From assembly GCA_002505695.1 (NCBI GenBank), contig DAVU01000020.1, forward strand, positions 97,107-161,106: a DNA stretch of 64,000 nt, given 5' to 3'. The stretch comes from Euryarchaeota archaeon UBA487 (GTDB lineage: Archaea > Thermoplasmatota > Poseidoniia > Poseidoniales > Thalassarchaeaceae). Below, one piece after another: positions 48,201 through 57,475 of the stretch. A program made the translations under genes and the position numbers. The notes under the pieces were generated by a model. The model was given only the letters and a program-made list of their open reading frames with translations. It was not told the DNA's origin and searched no databases. Each line of letters starts with the position of its first letter. Position 1 is the first letter of the stretch.

Positions 48201-49858
48201 GGAGTGACTCCGGCGTAATGAGATATAGATTCACTGTCACTGGACCGGAGTTGATAGACGAAGACTGGTCAAACAACGAGCTCGAGGGGTCGATTGTCGT
48301 TGAGGACTCCCAAGTGAATACGAGGTTGACTTCCATCGGAGAATTGGAACAGCCCCTTTCGGTAATTTCATTTCGAGAGACGGGTCTAATACTCACTTCT
48401 GAGGGCACTCAAATAATCATGCACAGGATTGAAGCGAATGGGGAGATAATAAGGTGCAATACCCCACTTGAGAGATTTTGGAGTGGATCGATTTCAACAA
48501 CTGTTGATGACAGAAGTATTGCACATGTCGTTTGGACTCGGAGACTCGTGACTGGAACCGGGGTATTGAGCGAGACTGTCTCATACGCCACAGTTGATGA
48601 TCAGTGCTCCTCGACGGTCCCACAAGACCTCATGGATCCACTCCCGAGGAATATAGGTGATTATTTCGGTGTGGATTTGGACGAGGATGATGGTGAAATC
48701 GTAATCGCAGGGTATCTCAGGGATATGCTGAGTGGCTCACTCTTCGAACCCTCAGAGTCCATCTTTACCCTTCGTGGAGAAAAGCCACAATCAGCAAGTG
48801 AGTGGGATCTGACTGAGAATGTGATACGGGATGTTGACGCGATGTCACTAAGCGAAGCGCCGATAGAGGTAGAGATTGGAGAAGAGTTGATTCACATCGC
48901 CTATGTATCATCCAGAAACGACACGTCCTCGGGCCCCGTCCTGGGGCTTTGGTACGCACACGGCGTTCAGGGGACTGATTCATGGTTCTACAAGAGGGCA
49001 ATTGCCGTTCAGGCATCCTCTCCCTCAATGGCTGTGACTAGCGTGGATGGCGAAGATAGGGTGTCGATGGCATGGTTAGAGGGAGAATCAGACAGTTCTG
49101 TTCTAAAAATAGTGATTGTGGACGAAAGTTTCAGCCTGCCGATTGGAGTATCAACAACCATCCTTGCCAGAGGAGGAGAATATGTCAAAATCTCTCAACG
49201 AGGGGATTCCCTGTTTGTCGTGTATGACTATGTTAGCCCGGTCGGACGTGTGGTGAGCATAGGGGTGATCGACCCAGAAGAGGGTTGGATCGGAATAGGA
49301 AATAGGGTGTCATCTGGAAGAGCCTATGCAGCCTCGACCGTTTCGGACGGCCTTGTTTTTCCTTTCATGGTCCAGACTTCTTCCGGCGGTTGGGCCATCA
49401 TTGAAATCACAAGCAATGGTGATTTGGATGACGGCCCGACGAATATCTTTGAGGCTGCAAGATTGGCACTTGGATTGGAAGAGACCGAGTTCAATTTACT
49501 GTTAATAGGGCTCGCGACTGCAATTTTATTGATATTGCTCTCCTTGCTCGTCGGGACCGTTAGACAGGGATTCTCGAATATTAGAGACAGGAGGAGATCT
49601 GCTTCCGTGGTAATTGAAGCTGACCCTGAGGATGCACTTGAGATTGATCAGGACGAGGTGGAGGAGGTAGCCCCAAAGGTGATACCCCCACGACAAGAGT
49701 TGGTTGTTGAAGCTAAACCTGTTCCCCCTCCGCCAACGGACCCAACTAACCCGTACAGAACGGTGATGTGCAGTGTTTGTCACGCACGTTTTGAACTGCT
49801 GAAGGAGATAAGAAAAACCACTTGTCCATCTTGCGGGGAGCGGGTTGAGGGCTTCTGA
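45275..49858 (+). CDS. S8 (subtilisin-like) serine protease with CARDB domains, C-terminal TM and zinc ribbon
   Basis: Catalytic triad VLDTG, HGTHVAG, GTSMACP; CARDB motifs (VRNEG...EELDEADN; VKNQG...SNN); TM near aa 1410; CSVC...CPSC at the C-terminus. Confidence 0.92.
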   Translation: MNYGRAKSAIFLSFLIIVMDASAGASMVNQNSFSGVEEWPSYEIPYDASDPVEEPGWWLSFGYDTNSNGMDDRLEGIIYGSSESISPTSVVGPDGRKTVAVVINYAWHPGESDADSLNSTLLGHGWTPEGSFFFIMDILDSIVVDRVPVSALNDILSLSGVVLVEQQNVLEPYLNVATKGSKVRSSDFYPESFWSNGYMGDGVVIAVLDTGVDNEHFSLDDFSDANQDNQNEPSDLNDPKWVAGCDATSSNQVECSDGNFDPDDGDGHGTHVAGIALGTGDSDRDNIGYSPGSYLIDVKVLNDIGTTNSQATLRGINWVANNVNTDWGNNESSRGIDVMSMSFGSISNPGGDDQGDDGQNADARAVNAAVDAGVVAVAAIGNDGANRVTSVGAADKAITVGSIDDDNSIERDDDEIASYSNYGPRTDDGDGDSLDELKPDVVAPGSGIISAQYAAPNPLPVGDQPRASDDYTSKDGTSMACPAVAGLAALILSYDNTLTPEDVKNIIKQTAEQRGAPSSPSIDNRWNNQYGYGIIDGETAFRCLIGGECTQIVGGAEWVHVQSPLEGEWVAQGKNYSFSGILNKSDPGISGVDAIEVSAELTYRKEMPNGKIESFKTMVLNETNISLVEGRWTTTVFVPEIDVNDYYNANLRLSATATNESGRRSQTNQSTHPIGNIEVGISAPEQDSVVSGSMPVEGSYSTIDGGFLRWKIDNGDWEDGPTLSEQNINRDGYTGEFQFSIDTQDYEEGEHDLYLQVISGKGLKSEVERRTIDIDNLPPRPNLILMDGVQVTDYGIPIRDSQVGSFLEVRGEVRNEGDVGANDILVSLFENGQRRYETTIERVSVGEQVPFTLYWSPSIAGTKEVKVIVDNTNSIEELDEADNTASIDFEVNSLAEGVDIVVLEGGVFASPAIPTPGDQFILSTMVKNQGSEDASSVEVTFYSMSSGGVGWLPVSSRSLSMLPSGQSVIIEFPVQGSDSGVMRYRFTVTGPELIDEDWSNNELEGSIVVEDSQVNTRLTSIGELEQPLSVISFRETGLILTSEGTQIIMHRIEANGEIIRCNTPLERFWSGSISTTVDDRSIAHVVWTRRLVTGTGVLSETVSYATVDDQCSSTVPQDLMDPLPRNIGDYFGVDLDEDDGEIVIAGYLRDMLSGSLFEPSESIFTLRGEKPQSASEWDLTENVIRDVDAMSLSEAPIEVEIGEELIHIAYVSSRNDTSSGPVLGLWYAHGVQGTDSWFYKRAIAVQASSPSMAVTSVDGEDRVSMAWLEGESDSSVLKIVIVDESFSLPIGVSTTILARGGEYVKISQRGDSLFVVYDYVSPVGRVVSIGVIDPEEGWIGIGNRVSSGRAYAASTVSDGLVFPFMVQTSSGGWAIIEITSNGDLDDGPTNIFEAARLALGLEETEFNLLLIGLATAILLILLSLLVGTVRQGFSNIRDRRRSASVVIEADPEDALEIDQDEVEEVAPKVIPPRQELVVEAKPVPPPPTDPTNPYRTVMCSVCHARFELLKEIRKTTCPSCGERVEGF

Positions 49859-50496
49859 TGAGAGTCATCCTGGCTTCCTCCTCGACAAGAAGGAGAGACT
49901 GGATTTCAAATCAGCATTGGATGAACGGGCACCAAATAGAATTTAGATCAATGGACATAGATGAGTCAAGGTACTCAATCGAAGGGGATGTCCCCGCCAC
50001 TGTCAGGAACATAGCAAATGCGAAGGCTAGCCATGCTGGTCGTAGTCTCGGAGTGAAGCGGGGGGATTGGGTTGCGTTGGTTTCGGATACATTGGTTGAG
50101 GGCCCAGCCTCGAAGGTTGCATTGGGAAAACCGCTTGATGCTCTAGAAGCGGAGAATATGCTCAGAAGCCTCTCAGGGAAAAGGCATTACGTCCACAGTT
50201 GTACGGGTTTAATCACCTCCAGTCGAGAGATTACATGGGAGTTGTTTTCAGACACATGCGAGGTACACATGCGGCCATTGAAGGATAGTGATCTGGAGGA
50301 GTTAGTTAAGACAGGTTCATGGAAAGGGAAAGCTGGTGGCTACGACATAAAGGGACTTGCAGCTAAGCACCTAGAGATATTTGATGGCGATGAAATTACA
50401 GTTTTGGGGTTCTCGTCGAAGGCAATGGAAAGGCTGCGCGAAATTTTGTCTGTAGATATCTTTGCATCAGGCGAAAGTGACTCCCCCGTGCTCTAA
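49858..50496 (+). CDS. maf: Maf family nucleoside triphosphate pyrophosphatase
   Basis: ILASSSTRR, IDES, AKA, SDT, LGKP, LSGKRH, GKAGGY. Confidence 0.9.
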   Translation: MRVILASSSTRRRDWISNQHWMNGHQIEFRSMDIDESRYSIEGDVPATVRNIANAKASHAGRSLGVKRGDWVALVSDTLVEGPASKVALGKPLDALEAENMLRSLSGKRHYVHSCTGLITSSREITWELFSDTCEVHMRPLKDSDLEELVKTGSWKGKAGGYDIKGLAAKHLEIFDGDEITVLGFSSKAMERLREILSVDIFASGESDSPVL

Positions 50497-50958
50497 GACA
50501 AATTCCCTCTGGATCTCTGTGAACCAATCAAGCATGCCTTTGTTGAATCTGACGCGTGAGATTTTCGGGTCTGCCAGCAAGTCATCTTGTATGCCCTTCA
50601 GTGTGCCCGGAGCAGCACCACAGGAAACGCAAGCTCCGTCAAGATCTATAACCAGTGATAATGACTCCGCCCCTGCCTGGTCCTTGGTTATCGAATGGGA
50701 ATGTAGTACAAGTGCACCACCATGTCCAATCAGCGCCGCCCTCACAATTCCCAATCGTGCCATGAGCGCTGGGACAGTATCCACGGACGAAGAGGAAACT
50801 AACTGAATGATATCCAAATCCAAGAGTCTTTTGTCCTCCTTTGGATCAACGTGCCTATCGATGCGCTTTTGTGATTCTTCAGTCATCATTGACTTAATCT
50901 GTGATCGATAGAGGTCCTCAAGATCGTCGGTCGGGCGGGGGCTCGAAGGGGCGGACAT
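50467..50958 (-). CDS. NifU/Nfu-like Fe-S cluster carrier
   Basis: VRAALIGHGG...LDGACVSCGAAPGTL Nfu motif; divergent from sufC. Confidence 0.8.
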   Translation of the reverse strand: MSAPSSPRPTDDLEDLYRSQIKSMMTEESQKRIDRHVDPKEDKRLLDLDIIQLVSSSSVDTVPALMARLGIVRAALIGHGGALVLHSHSITKDQAGAESLSLVIDLDGACVSCGAAPGTLKGIQDDLLADPKISRVRFNKGMLDWFTEIQREFVLEHGGVTFA

Positions 50959-51060
50959 ATACACCCCAAAGCAAAGAGGATTATGTTATGTTTGATCTCA
51001 TGGACGCATAAAGGGGTTGAAAAGCCGTGGCTTCAAGGGTATGGCAGGAGAGCGTCTAAA

Positions 51061-51831
51061 ATGTCGGATAATCAACCCGTCTTGTCGATTAAAGACCTTC
51101 ACGTTGGCATTGAGGGCAATGAGATTCTCCACGGCATTAACCTCGATATCGCTCGAGGAGAAATTCATGCTATCATGGGAAGAAACGGTAGTGGAAAGAC
51201 AACTGCTGCAAGTACCATCATGGGACATCCAGACTATGAAATAAGTTCGGGCAAGATCTCTCTCGATGGCGAGGACCTCCTTGAATTAGAAGCATGGGAA
51301 AGAGCGAGAAAAGGAGTCTTTCTCTCTTTCCAGTACCCACAGGCTGTCCCGGGTCTGCAGGTCGGGCACTTCTTGAGAAAGTCCGTCGCATCTATCAGAG
51401 GAGAGGACTCCGCAAAGGGACCCGTGTTTAGGGAGGCGCTCAAGTCGGCCATGGAAGAGGTCTCTATCCCCAGATCCTTCCTCTCAAGATACGTAAACGA
51501 CGGCTTCAGTGGCGGTGAGAAAAAAAGGTTCGAGATACTTCAATTGATGCTTCTAAAACCCAAGCTTGCCATTCTTGATGAGACCGACTCAGGGCTAGAC
51601 ATAGACGGAATTAGAGTCGTTTCACGAGGCATCAATGCTGCCATAAGGGGGTCAGACTCTGGTGCCCTAATTATCACCCACTACAGCAGAATTCTCGAGC
51701 ATGTTAAACCCGATTACGTCCATGTCTTGATAGAAGGGAAGATAGTCAAGAGTGGTGGGCCTGAACTCGCCCTTGAACTGGAAGAAAGAGGGTATGAATG
51801 GCTCGAGTCTGGGAACAACGGAGGAGAGTGA
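51061..51831 (+). CDS. sufC: Fe-S cluster assembly ATPase SufC
   Basis: [48 protein letters not shown]. Confidence 0.96.
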   Translation: MSDNQPVLSIKDLHVGIEGNEILHGINLDIARGEIHAIMGRNGSGKTTAASTIMGHPDYEISSGKISLDGEDLLELEAWERARKGVFLSFQYPQAVPGLQVGHFLRKSVASIRGEDSAKGPVFREALKSAMEEVSIPRSFLSRYVNDGFSGGEKKRFEILQLMLLKPKLAILDETDSGLDIDGIRVVSRGINAAIRGSDSGALIITHYSRILEHVKPDYVHVLIEGKIVKSGGPELALELEERGYEWLESGNNGGE

Positions 51832-51835
51832 ATTC

Positions 51836-53245
51836 ATGGCAATGGAAGAGGCAAGAGAAGCAGTCGGGGACTACGATCTAGGATGGCATGACCCGGAGCA
51901 CTCAACAATTAGATTCGACTCTGGACTGAGTGAAGAGGTCGTAAGGAAAATATCCGCGATCAAGAACGAGCCCAGCTGGATGACGGAAATCAGGGTGAAA
52001 GCATATCACCATTTCGTGAATAGGCCGATGCCGGGATTCGGAGATCGAGAGGCCTTGGAAGGAATCAAATTCGACGAGGTATGTTATTACCTACGTTCAT
52101 CCGACGCAACCGAGAAAGACTGGGACGATGTTCCAGATGACATTAGGAACACATTTGATCGGCTTGGTATACCAGAGGCAGAGCAGAAATGGCTGTCCGG
52201 CGTCACGGCCCAATATGAGTCTGAGGCAGTTTATCACAGTATCAGGGAGGACTTAGAGGCCCAAGGGGTCATCTTCTTGGACATGGACAGTGGTCTTCGG
52301 GAATATCCAGAACTCGTCAAAGAGTATTTTTGCAGTGTGATTCCATACCAAGACAACAAATTCTCCGCTCTGAACACCGCGGTTTGGTCCGGAGGCTCAT
52401 TCATCTACGTACCCAAGGGGATCAAGGTGGAGATGCCTGTCCAGGCATACTTCAGAATAAATGCCAAAAACATGGGTCAATTCGAAAGGACCCTCATCAT
52501 AGCAGATGAAGGTTCCAGCATCCACTACGTCGAAGGCTGTACTGCACCAACTTACTCCACAGACTCACTACACTCAGCAGTAGTCGAACTCATAGCATTG
52601 GATGGCGCCCACATCCGATATTCGACCATCCAAAATTGGTCGGCTAACGTGTACAACCTCGTCACAAAAAGAGGGATAGCCCACGAAGATGCATCCATAG
52701 AGTGGATTGATGGCAACATTGGATCGAAATTGACGATGAAATACCCATCAGTCATACTCAAAGGAGAGGGTTCTCATGCCGAAGTGATTTCCATCGCCTA
52801 TGCAGGAAAGGGCCAGCACCAAGACGCCGGTGCCAAGGTTCACCACTTGGCTTCCAACACAACTAGCAAAATTCTCTCTAAATCCATATCCAAGGACGGG
52901 GGAAGAGGGTCCTACAGAGGGATGGTGACCGTCTCGCCCAAAGCAGAGAACTGCAAACTGAATGTTGTTTGTGACGCCTTGATTCTGGATGATGAGAGCC
53001 AAACTGACACCTATCCTACAATGGAAGTAGCCAACGCCTCTGCCCGATGCGAACACGAAGCCAGTGTATCGAAGGTCAGTGATGATCAAGTATTCTACCT
53101 CATGAGTCGTGGCCACTCAGAGGAGGAGGCATTGGCAATGATCGTCAATGGGTTCTTTGAGCCATTTACTCGCGAGCTCCCCATGGAATATGCCGTCGAA
53201 CTAAACAAACTAATGGCCCTTGAAATGGAAGGTAGCATCGGTTGA
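51836..53245 (+). CDS. sufB: Fe-S cluster assembly protein SufB
   Basis: [60 protein letters not shown]. Confidence 0.97.
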   Translation: MAMEEAREAVGDYDLGWHDPEHSTIRFDSGLSEEVVRKISAIKNEPSWMTEIRVKAYHHFVNRPMPGFGDREALEGIKFDEVCYYLRSSDATEKDWDDVPDDIRNTFDRLGIPEAEQKWLSGVTAQYESEAVYHSIREDLEAQGVIFLDMDSGLREYPELVKEYFCSVIPYQDNKFSALNTAVWSGGSFIYVPKGIKVEMPVQAYFRINAKNMGQFERTLIIADEGSSIHYVEGCTAPTYSTDSLHSAVVELIALDGAHIRYSTIQNWSANVYNLVTKRGIAHEDASIEWIDGNIGSKLTMKYPSVILKGEGSHAEVISIAYAGKGQHQDAGAKVHHLASNTTSKILSKSISKDGGRGSYRGMVTVSPKAENCKLNVVCDALILDDESQTDTYPTMEVANASARCEHEASVSKVSDDQVFYLMSRGHSEEEALAMIVNGFFEPFTRELPMEYAVELNKLMALEMEGSIG

Positions 53246-53257
53246 TATTGCTCGAAG

Positions 53258-54370
53258 GTGAAAGTAATGAATGCCTCAGAAGAAGCATACCTCTCATTGG
53301 AAGAGCCCCCAAGATCCGATCATCTCTGGAGGTACACCCCCTGGAAAAGGGTTCATCCCACCGGAGATCCAAGTGAGATACCCGATGAAATTTCAACCCC
53401 TCAAATCGGCCTGTCAACAATCAATGGTGGAGAAGCATCGGGCATAAGCATCGAAATGGGGAATGCCATATCTATTCCATTCGAAGGATCGCCTGTAAGT
53501 AACTCATTCCTAAGTGCCCTCACAGATGGCAAAGCCATCCGAATCTCGATCCCCGACAACTGGAGGAGTGAAAATCCGCTAATCCTCGACGTCAAGCCAA
53601 CTGGTGGATTAGATGCAATACACATCCACGTAGAGACTGGGAAATTCAGTGAGGCCACGATATTGACAAGGGTTCAGGGCTCGTCCAAATGGTTGGGCAT
53701 CCTTAGGACAGGTCAAACTGGAGTTGGTTCCTTCCTCCAAGATGTCTTCGTCAACAAGGCCCATGATGGCAATCTCATGAGAGTCGATGCGCTAAGATTG
53801 GGACGTGACTCCTCCGTGACAGCTGGTACCGTGAGTGCTGGAAGCACGTGGACAAAGGCTGACATCAGATATCACTTAGACTCTCCCGGATCCAACCTTA
53901 ATGTCCTGGGATCCCTCCTGTCTGCAGACCAGATGCATCTAGATCACCACATAGAGATCAGCCACATAGCCCCCAACACCTACAGTCGCCTGGGATGGCA
54001 CACGGCTTGCGGCGGCAATAGCACCTCAGTGGGAACAGGAATGTTGCGTATAGAAAAGGGGGCGAGACAGGCCGATGCCGGTCAACTGTTCCACAACCTG
54101 TTGTTGTCTGAAAAGGCGAAAGCGAACAGTATACCTGAACTGGAGGTCGAGGAGAATGACGTGGTCGGATGTGGCCATGGCACGGCGAATGGGCCGGTTG
54201 ATGAAGACCAGCGATTCTACCTCATGGCAAGAGGGCTGTCCGAACAAGAGGCTGAGGATGCACTAGTGGCTGCTTTCCTAAACTCAACACTCTCACAGAT
54301 GGGGAATGAGGATGTACATGCTTGGCTGATTGATGCGGTTGAAGACGCATTAGTTGGTTTGAACACCTGA
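53258..54370 (+). CDS. sufD: Fe-S cluster assembly protein SufD
   Basis: WRYT, NLLLSEKAKANSIPELEV..DVVGCGHG, FYLMARG; third gene of the suf operon. Confidence 0.88.
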   Translation: MKVMNASEEAYLSLEEPPRSDHLWRYTPWKRVHPTGDPSEIPDEISTPQIGLSTINGGEASGISIEMGNAISIPFEGSPVSNSFLSALTDGKAIRISIPDNWRSENPLILDVKPTGGLDAIHIHVETGKFSEATILTRVQGSSKWLGILRTGQTGVGSFLQDVFVNKAHDGNLMRVDALRLGRDSSVTAGTVSAGSTWTKADIRYHLDSPGSNLNVLGSLLSADQMHLDHHIEISHIAPNTYSRLGWHTACGGNSTSVGTGMLRIEKGARQADAGQLFHNLLLSEKAKANSIPELEVEENDVVGCGHGTANGPVDEDQRFYLMARGLSEQEAEDALVAAFLNSTLSQMGNEDVHAWLIDAVEDALVGLNT

Positions 54371-54404
54371 GCAAGACTAAAGCCCTGGTTCCCCTAAATC
54401 ATCC

Positions 54405-54542
54405 GTGGATTCAGACCATTGCAGAGGCATATTCTGTGAATGTGGCTACAAGGGGGATGCAGTCCCAATGAAACAACATATGGAATGCCCCCGATGCAGA
54501 AGGGTGGTAGAAGCCTGCTGTGAAGGCGTCCCTAGGTACTAA
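54405..54542 (+). CDS. 45-aa Cys-rich microprotein (zinc-ribbon or Fe-S binding), below the ORF-track cutoff
   Basis: GTG...TAA frame reads MDSDHCRGIFCECGYKGDAVPMKQHMECPRCRRVVEACCEGVPRY. It occupies most of the gap after sufD, and its stop abuts the convergent gene's stop. Confidence 0.7.
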   Translation: MDSDHCRGIFCECGYKGDAVPMKQHMECPRCRRVVEACCEGVPRY

Positions 54543-55322
54543 TCAACCAGTTCTGTCTCTATGGCTGGCCATCAGGGCCGTGAGCAATACTCCCATCAGT
54601 ATCCCAAAGATTCCACCGGCAACTTCTCCCTCTGTTCCAGCCAAATCCCTGAATGCAAAGAACATAGATGGAACCATTATCGGTCCGTAAAGAGCCAATC
54701 GAAGCAATACTTTCCCTCTGGTGGGGGGAGTTCCAGTGGGACGTAAGACCACGGTTGATTTTGATTGGATTATTTGCCATTGAGCCCGCTCGGCATCAAT
54801 CTTCAATCGCTGCAATACAGCAGGCCGGATGTTGGGCGTCGAAACCTCACTTTCCCAGCTATCCTCTCTTCCAATTACAAGTCTCAACCTTCCCAATCTA
54901 GTTCTGTTGTCCACCAGACTCTGTACCACAGACACGGCAATTTCTGGGCTGAGACCAATTAAGTTCAGAGTGATGACTCCGCGGATTATCTGAATTTTAT
55001 TTTCTGGAATCCATTGGTGCGCTAACCCCTCAGTCGTGGACATCAATACATTTTGACTCAGGCCTATCAAAAACTGCCTGGTCTCCTCTTTGTCTTCTTT
55101 ATTCCTGGGATTGGTCGAGATGTACCTCAATCGAAGCAAAGTGAGGAAAAGAACAATCGCAAATGTGAAAATTCCTGTCTGGAGTCCAATGGACAATGAG
55201 TCAAAAAGAACCCATTCGCCACCCTCTTGGCCGATGAGTGAGAATATGGTCACAACCAAGGTAGCCATGGTCGCAATGACAAAAGATGCGATCAGGGCAT
55301 CCCTCAACTCCACGCGATTCAT
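54543..55322 (-). CDS. Membrane protein with central degenerate Smr-like domain
   Basis: Two N-terminal and two C-terminal TMs; middle TLNLIGLSPEIAVSVV...RLRLVIGRE...IRPAVLQRL resembles Smr (LDLHG...IITGRG). Confidence 0.6.
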   Translation of the reverse strand: MNRVELRDALIASFVIATMATLVVTIFSLIGQEGGEWVLFDSLSIGLQTGIFTFAIVLFLTLLRLRYISTNPRNKEDKEETRQFLIGLSQNVLMSTTEGLAHQWIPENKIQIIRGVITLNLIGLSPEIAVSVVQSLVDNRTRLGRLRLVIGREDSWESEVSTPNIRPAVLQRLKIDAERAQWQIIQSKSTVVLRPTGTPPTRGKVLLRLALYGPIMVPSMFFAFRDLAGTEGEVAGGIFGILMGVLLTALMASHRDRTG

Positions 55323-55395
55323 GGTTTTCGAAAGGGGTTCGTCTCATCAATGCGATTGAGTAATGTTGATACAACTACGCATTCGTTGAGCCTTT

Positions 55396-56148
55396 GTGGA
55401 GCGGAATGGTGCGAGTTCTAGGGTGAGAGAGAAAAAAATTGGTTTCAGGATGGCATTAGTTGCGGGGACCTATACATTACTTGTTTTCATCACCCCCATG
55501 ACCTTGGAGCCGGGTACTGTACCAGAGCTTTCTGGCCGCGCGAATTTGATCGACTACGCAACAGTTGATGGATGGGGTTCGTGGGGGAACAATAACCATG
55601 GTGAGGATAGTGAACTTGGACACGATCAACTCGCAAAAGGTGGTGCTTTCGCCTGGATGGACCACGGTCCATTAGTTGCTTTGGTATATTCGATCGGCGA
55701 TCTGAATTGCCATCAAAAATATGAGAGGGCCTTCATGATAAATGGAAACCAAACTGCCGTGTGTGCACGTGACATAGGAATCTTATTTGGATTCGTGGTG
55801 GGTGCTTTGGCATGGAGTAGATTTGGTTTGAATAGGTATAGTATACGAGACTCCTTTCTCTCCCTGTTGCCGGACTCGTGGACAGAGCCGCTATATCGTA
55901 CGGACAGGAGGCTGATCGCGATGTTTGCCATATTGTTTGTTGGAGTTTTACCAACAGGTATCGATGGTTTCACACAATTGCTCACCGATTACGAGTCCAA
56001 TAACGCACTCAGGCTGATCACAGGGTCCACTGCCGGGGCTGCCCTAGCATGGCTGGTCGGTGCCACCATAAGCGCTCGAGCGTCTGATTTTGACAGCCTC
56101 GGAGAGGTTGAGCTCCCTGCAGGGGCGAGCCTCAAAATTCGTGAATAA
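55396..56148 (+). CDS. DUF2085 domain membrane protein
   Basis: CHQKYERAF..NGNQTAVCARDIG, IDGFTQ, ESNNALRLITG. Confidence 0.85.
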   Translation: MERNGASSRVREKKIGFRMALVAGTYTLLVFITPMTLEPGTVPELSGRANLIDYATVDGWGSWGNNNHGEDSELGHDQLAKGGAFAWMDHGPLVALVYSIGDLNCHQKYERAFMINGNQTAVCARDIGILFGFVVGALAWSRFGLNRYSIRDSFLSLLPDSWTEPLYRTDRRLIAMFAILFVGVLPTGIDGFTQLLTDYESNNALRLITGSTAGAALAWLVGATISARASDFDSLGEVELPAGASLKIRE

Positions 56149-57475
56149 GATTACTATGCCACCATGCTAAGATATGGTCTTTCTCCGACTGTCCTTCTCC
56201 TCTCAAAATAGTCGGGTAGAGCAGGTTTATTCTATCGGAGACTGATTTCAACTGTTCATCGTGGGCTACGATGTCTAGAATGCCATTGATCATGTGTTTG
56301 TAACTGGTCTTGGGGAACCTAGATCTCCATAATCTCACCTTGGCTCTCAAGGGGCTCAAAACGAGCATTAACTTCCCTGCAGCCTCACCTTTCTTTGTTA
56401 TTCTATAATGGCTACCTTCGTTCCTTGATCCGGAAGATTCACGAATCCATTTTCCGGTTGAACATAGATGTCGGATTACCTTTGTGGCGTGTCCCTTTGA
56501 GACTTGCCTTGATGGTCCCATCGCGGCAGAGATTTCGTTGATGTCGCCTGAAGAAATCAAGGTCATGGATGTCATAATTGCATAAATTGACCTAGAATGT
56601 AGTCGCCGAGGAGCATTTTCAGTGGAGTTTTCTTGGCTTGCTTTTTTGTATGATCTTTCCATATCCCTGATCAGCTCCCATGGCCTGGATTTTGTCTTGG
56701 GATCTTTATCTGTCTCGTACCCTGGTAATTTGGTTTGGCCTGAATTCCATCGAATTATGGTTCTGATCAATTCTAAGTCAACATCATGGACGTATGTATT
56801 TCTTGGCTTGGGCCTCAATCTGAGGAATTTTCTCACTTCTTGGGCCACTTCATTTGAGAATCTCTCAACAGTCGATTCATTTCTTATTGGGCCCACCACT
56901 CGAACCGTGTCAAAGGAAGTCCCAGTCGGAGATTGGCCAGACAATACAACTTCGTATCCAGATCTGATTTTCTTCTGGATTTCTAGAGTTTCAAAGTACT
57001 CTGATTTATGTGGTGAAGCTTCCCTTAGACTACCACTCCTAATCCTCATAATTGCAATTTCTGGGTCACAATCAACCCACACACAAAGATCAGGAATCAG
57101 GGCCCCAGAGTTCAGAAGTCCGACATTCTTCGTCCCTAATCCGCCTACGATTCCCTGGTACACCAGCGAGGAATGTATGTTCCTGTCACAAACCACCACT
57201 GAACCTTTACTCAGCCTTGGTAGCATCCAATTCAAACCATGATCAAGTCTGTCAAGAGCGAAAAGTTTGGCTTCGTGTTCAGGGGTGTGCTTTTTCTCCT
57301 TTACAGCATCGATGGCTGCTCTCCCTAATGGGTGCCTCCTTCTTGGCTCAGCTGTGAGTTCTACAGATGTGAAACTGCCGTCTCTTTCGAGCAACTCACA
57401 TATTATCCTCGATGCAAGGCCTTTACCACTCCCATCCCCGCCTTCTATTGTTATCAAGTACATGTCAATCGACAT
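56132..57475 (-). CDS. tmk: Thymidylate kinase with ~230-aa C-terminal extension (winged-helix-like)
   Basis: IEGGDGSGKG P-loop, AEP, LFALDR, CDRNIHSSLVYQG, PDL. Confidence 0.85.
   Translation of the reverse strand: MSIDMYLITIEGGDGSGKGLASRIICELLERDGSFTSVELTAEPRRRHPLGRAAIDAVKEKKHTPEHEAKLFALDRLDHGLNWMLPRLSKGSVVVCDRNIHSSLVYQGIVGGLGTKNVGLLNSGALIPDLCVWVDCDPEIAIMRIRSGSLREASPHKSEYFETLEIQKKIRSGYEVVLSGQSPTGTSFDTVRVVGPIRNESTVERFSNEVAQEVRKFLRLRPKPRNTYVHDVDLELIRTIIRWNSGQTKLPGYETDKDPKTKSRPWELIRDMERSYKKASQENSTENAPRRLHSRSIYAIMTSMTLISSGDINEISAAMGPSRQVSKGHATKVIRHLCSTGKWIRESSGSRNEGSHYRITKKGEAAGKLMLVLSPLRAKVRLWRSRFPKTSYKHMINGILDIVAHDEQLKSVSDRINLLYPTILRGEGQSEKDHILAWWHSNLIHEF

Noticed and set aside
54371-54542. 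Possible ncRNA in the sufD downstream gap
   Set aside because: Better explained by the Cys-rich 45-codon ORF.
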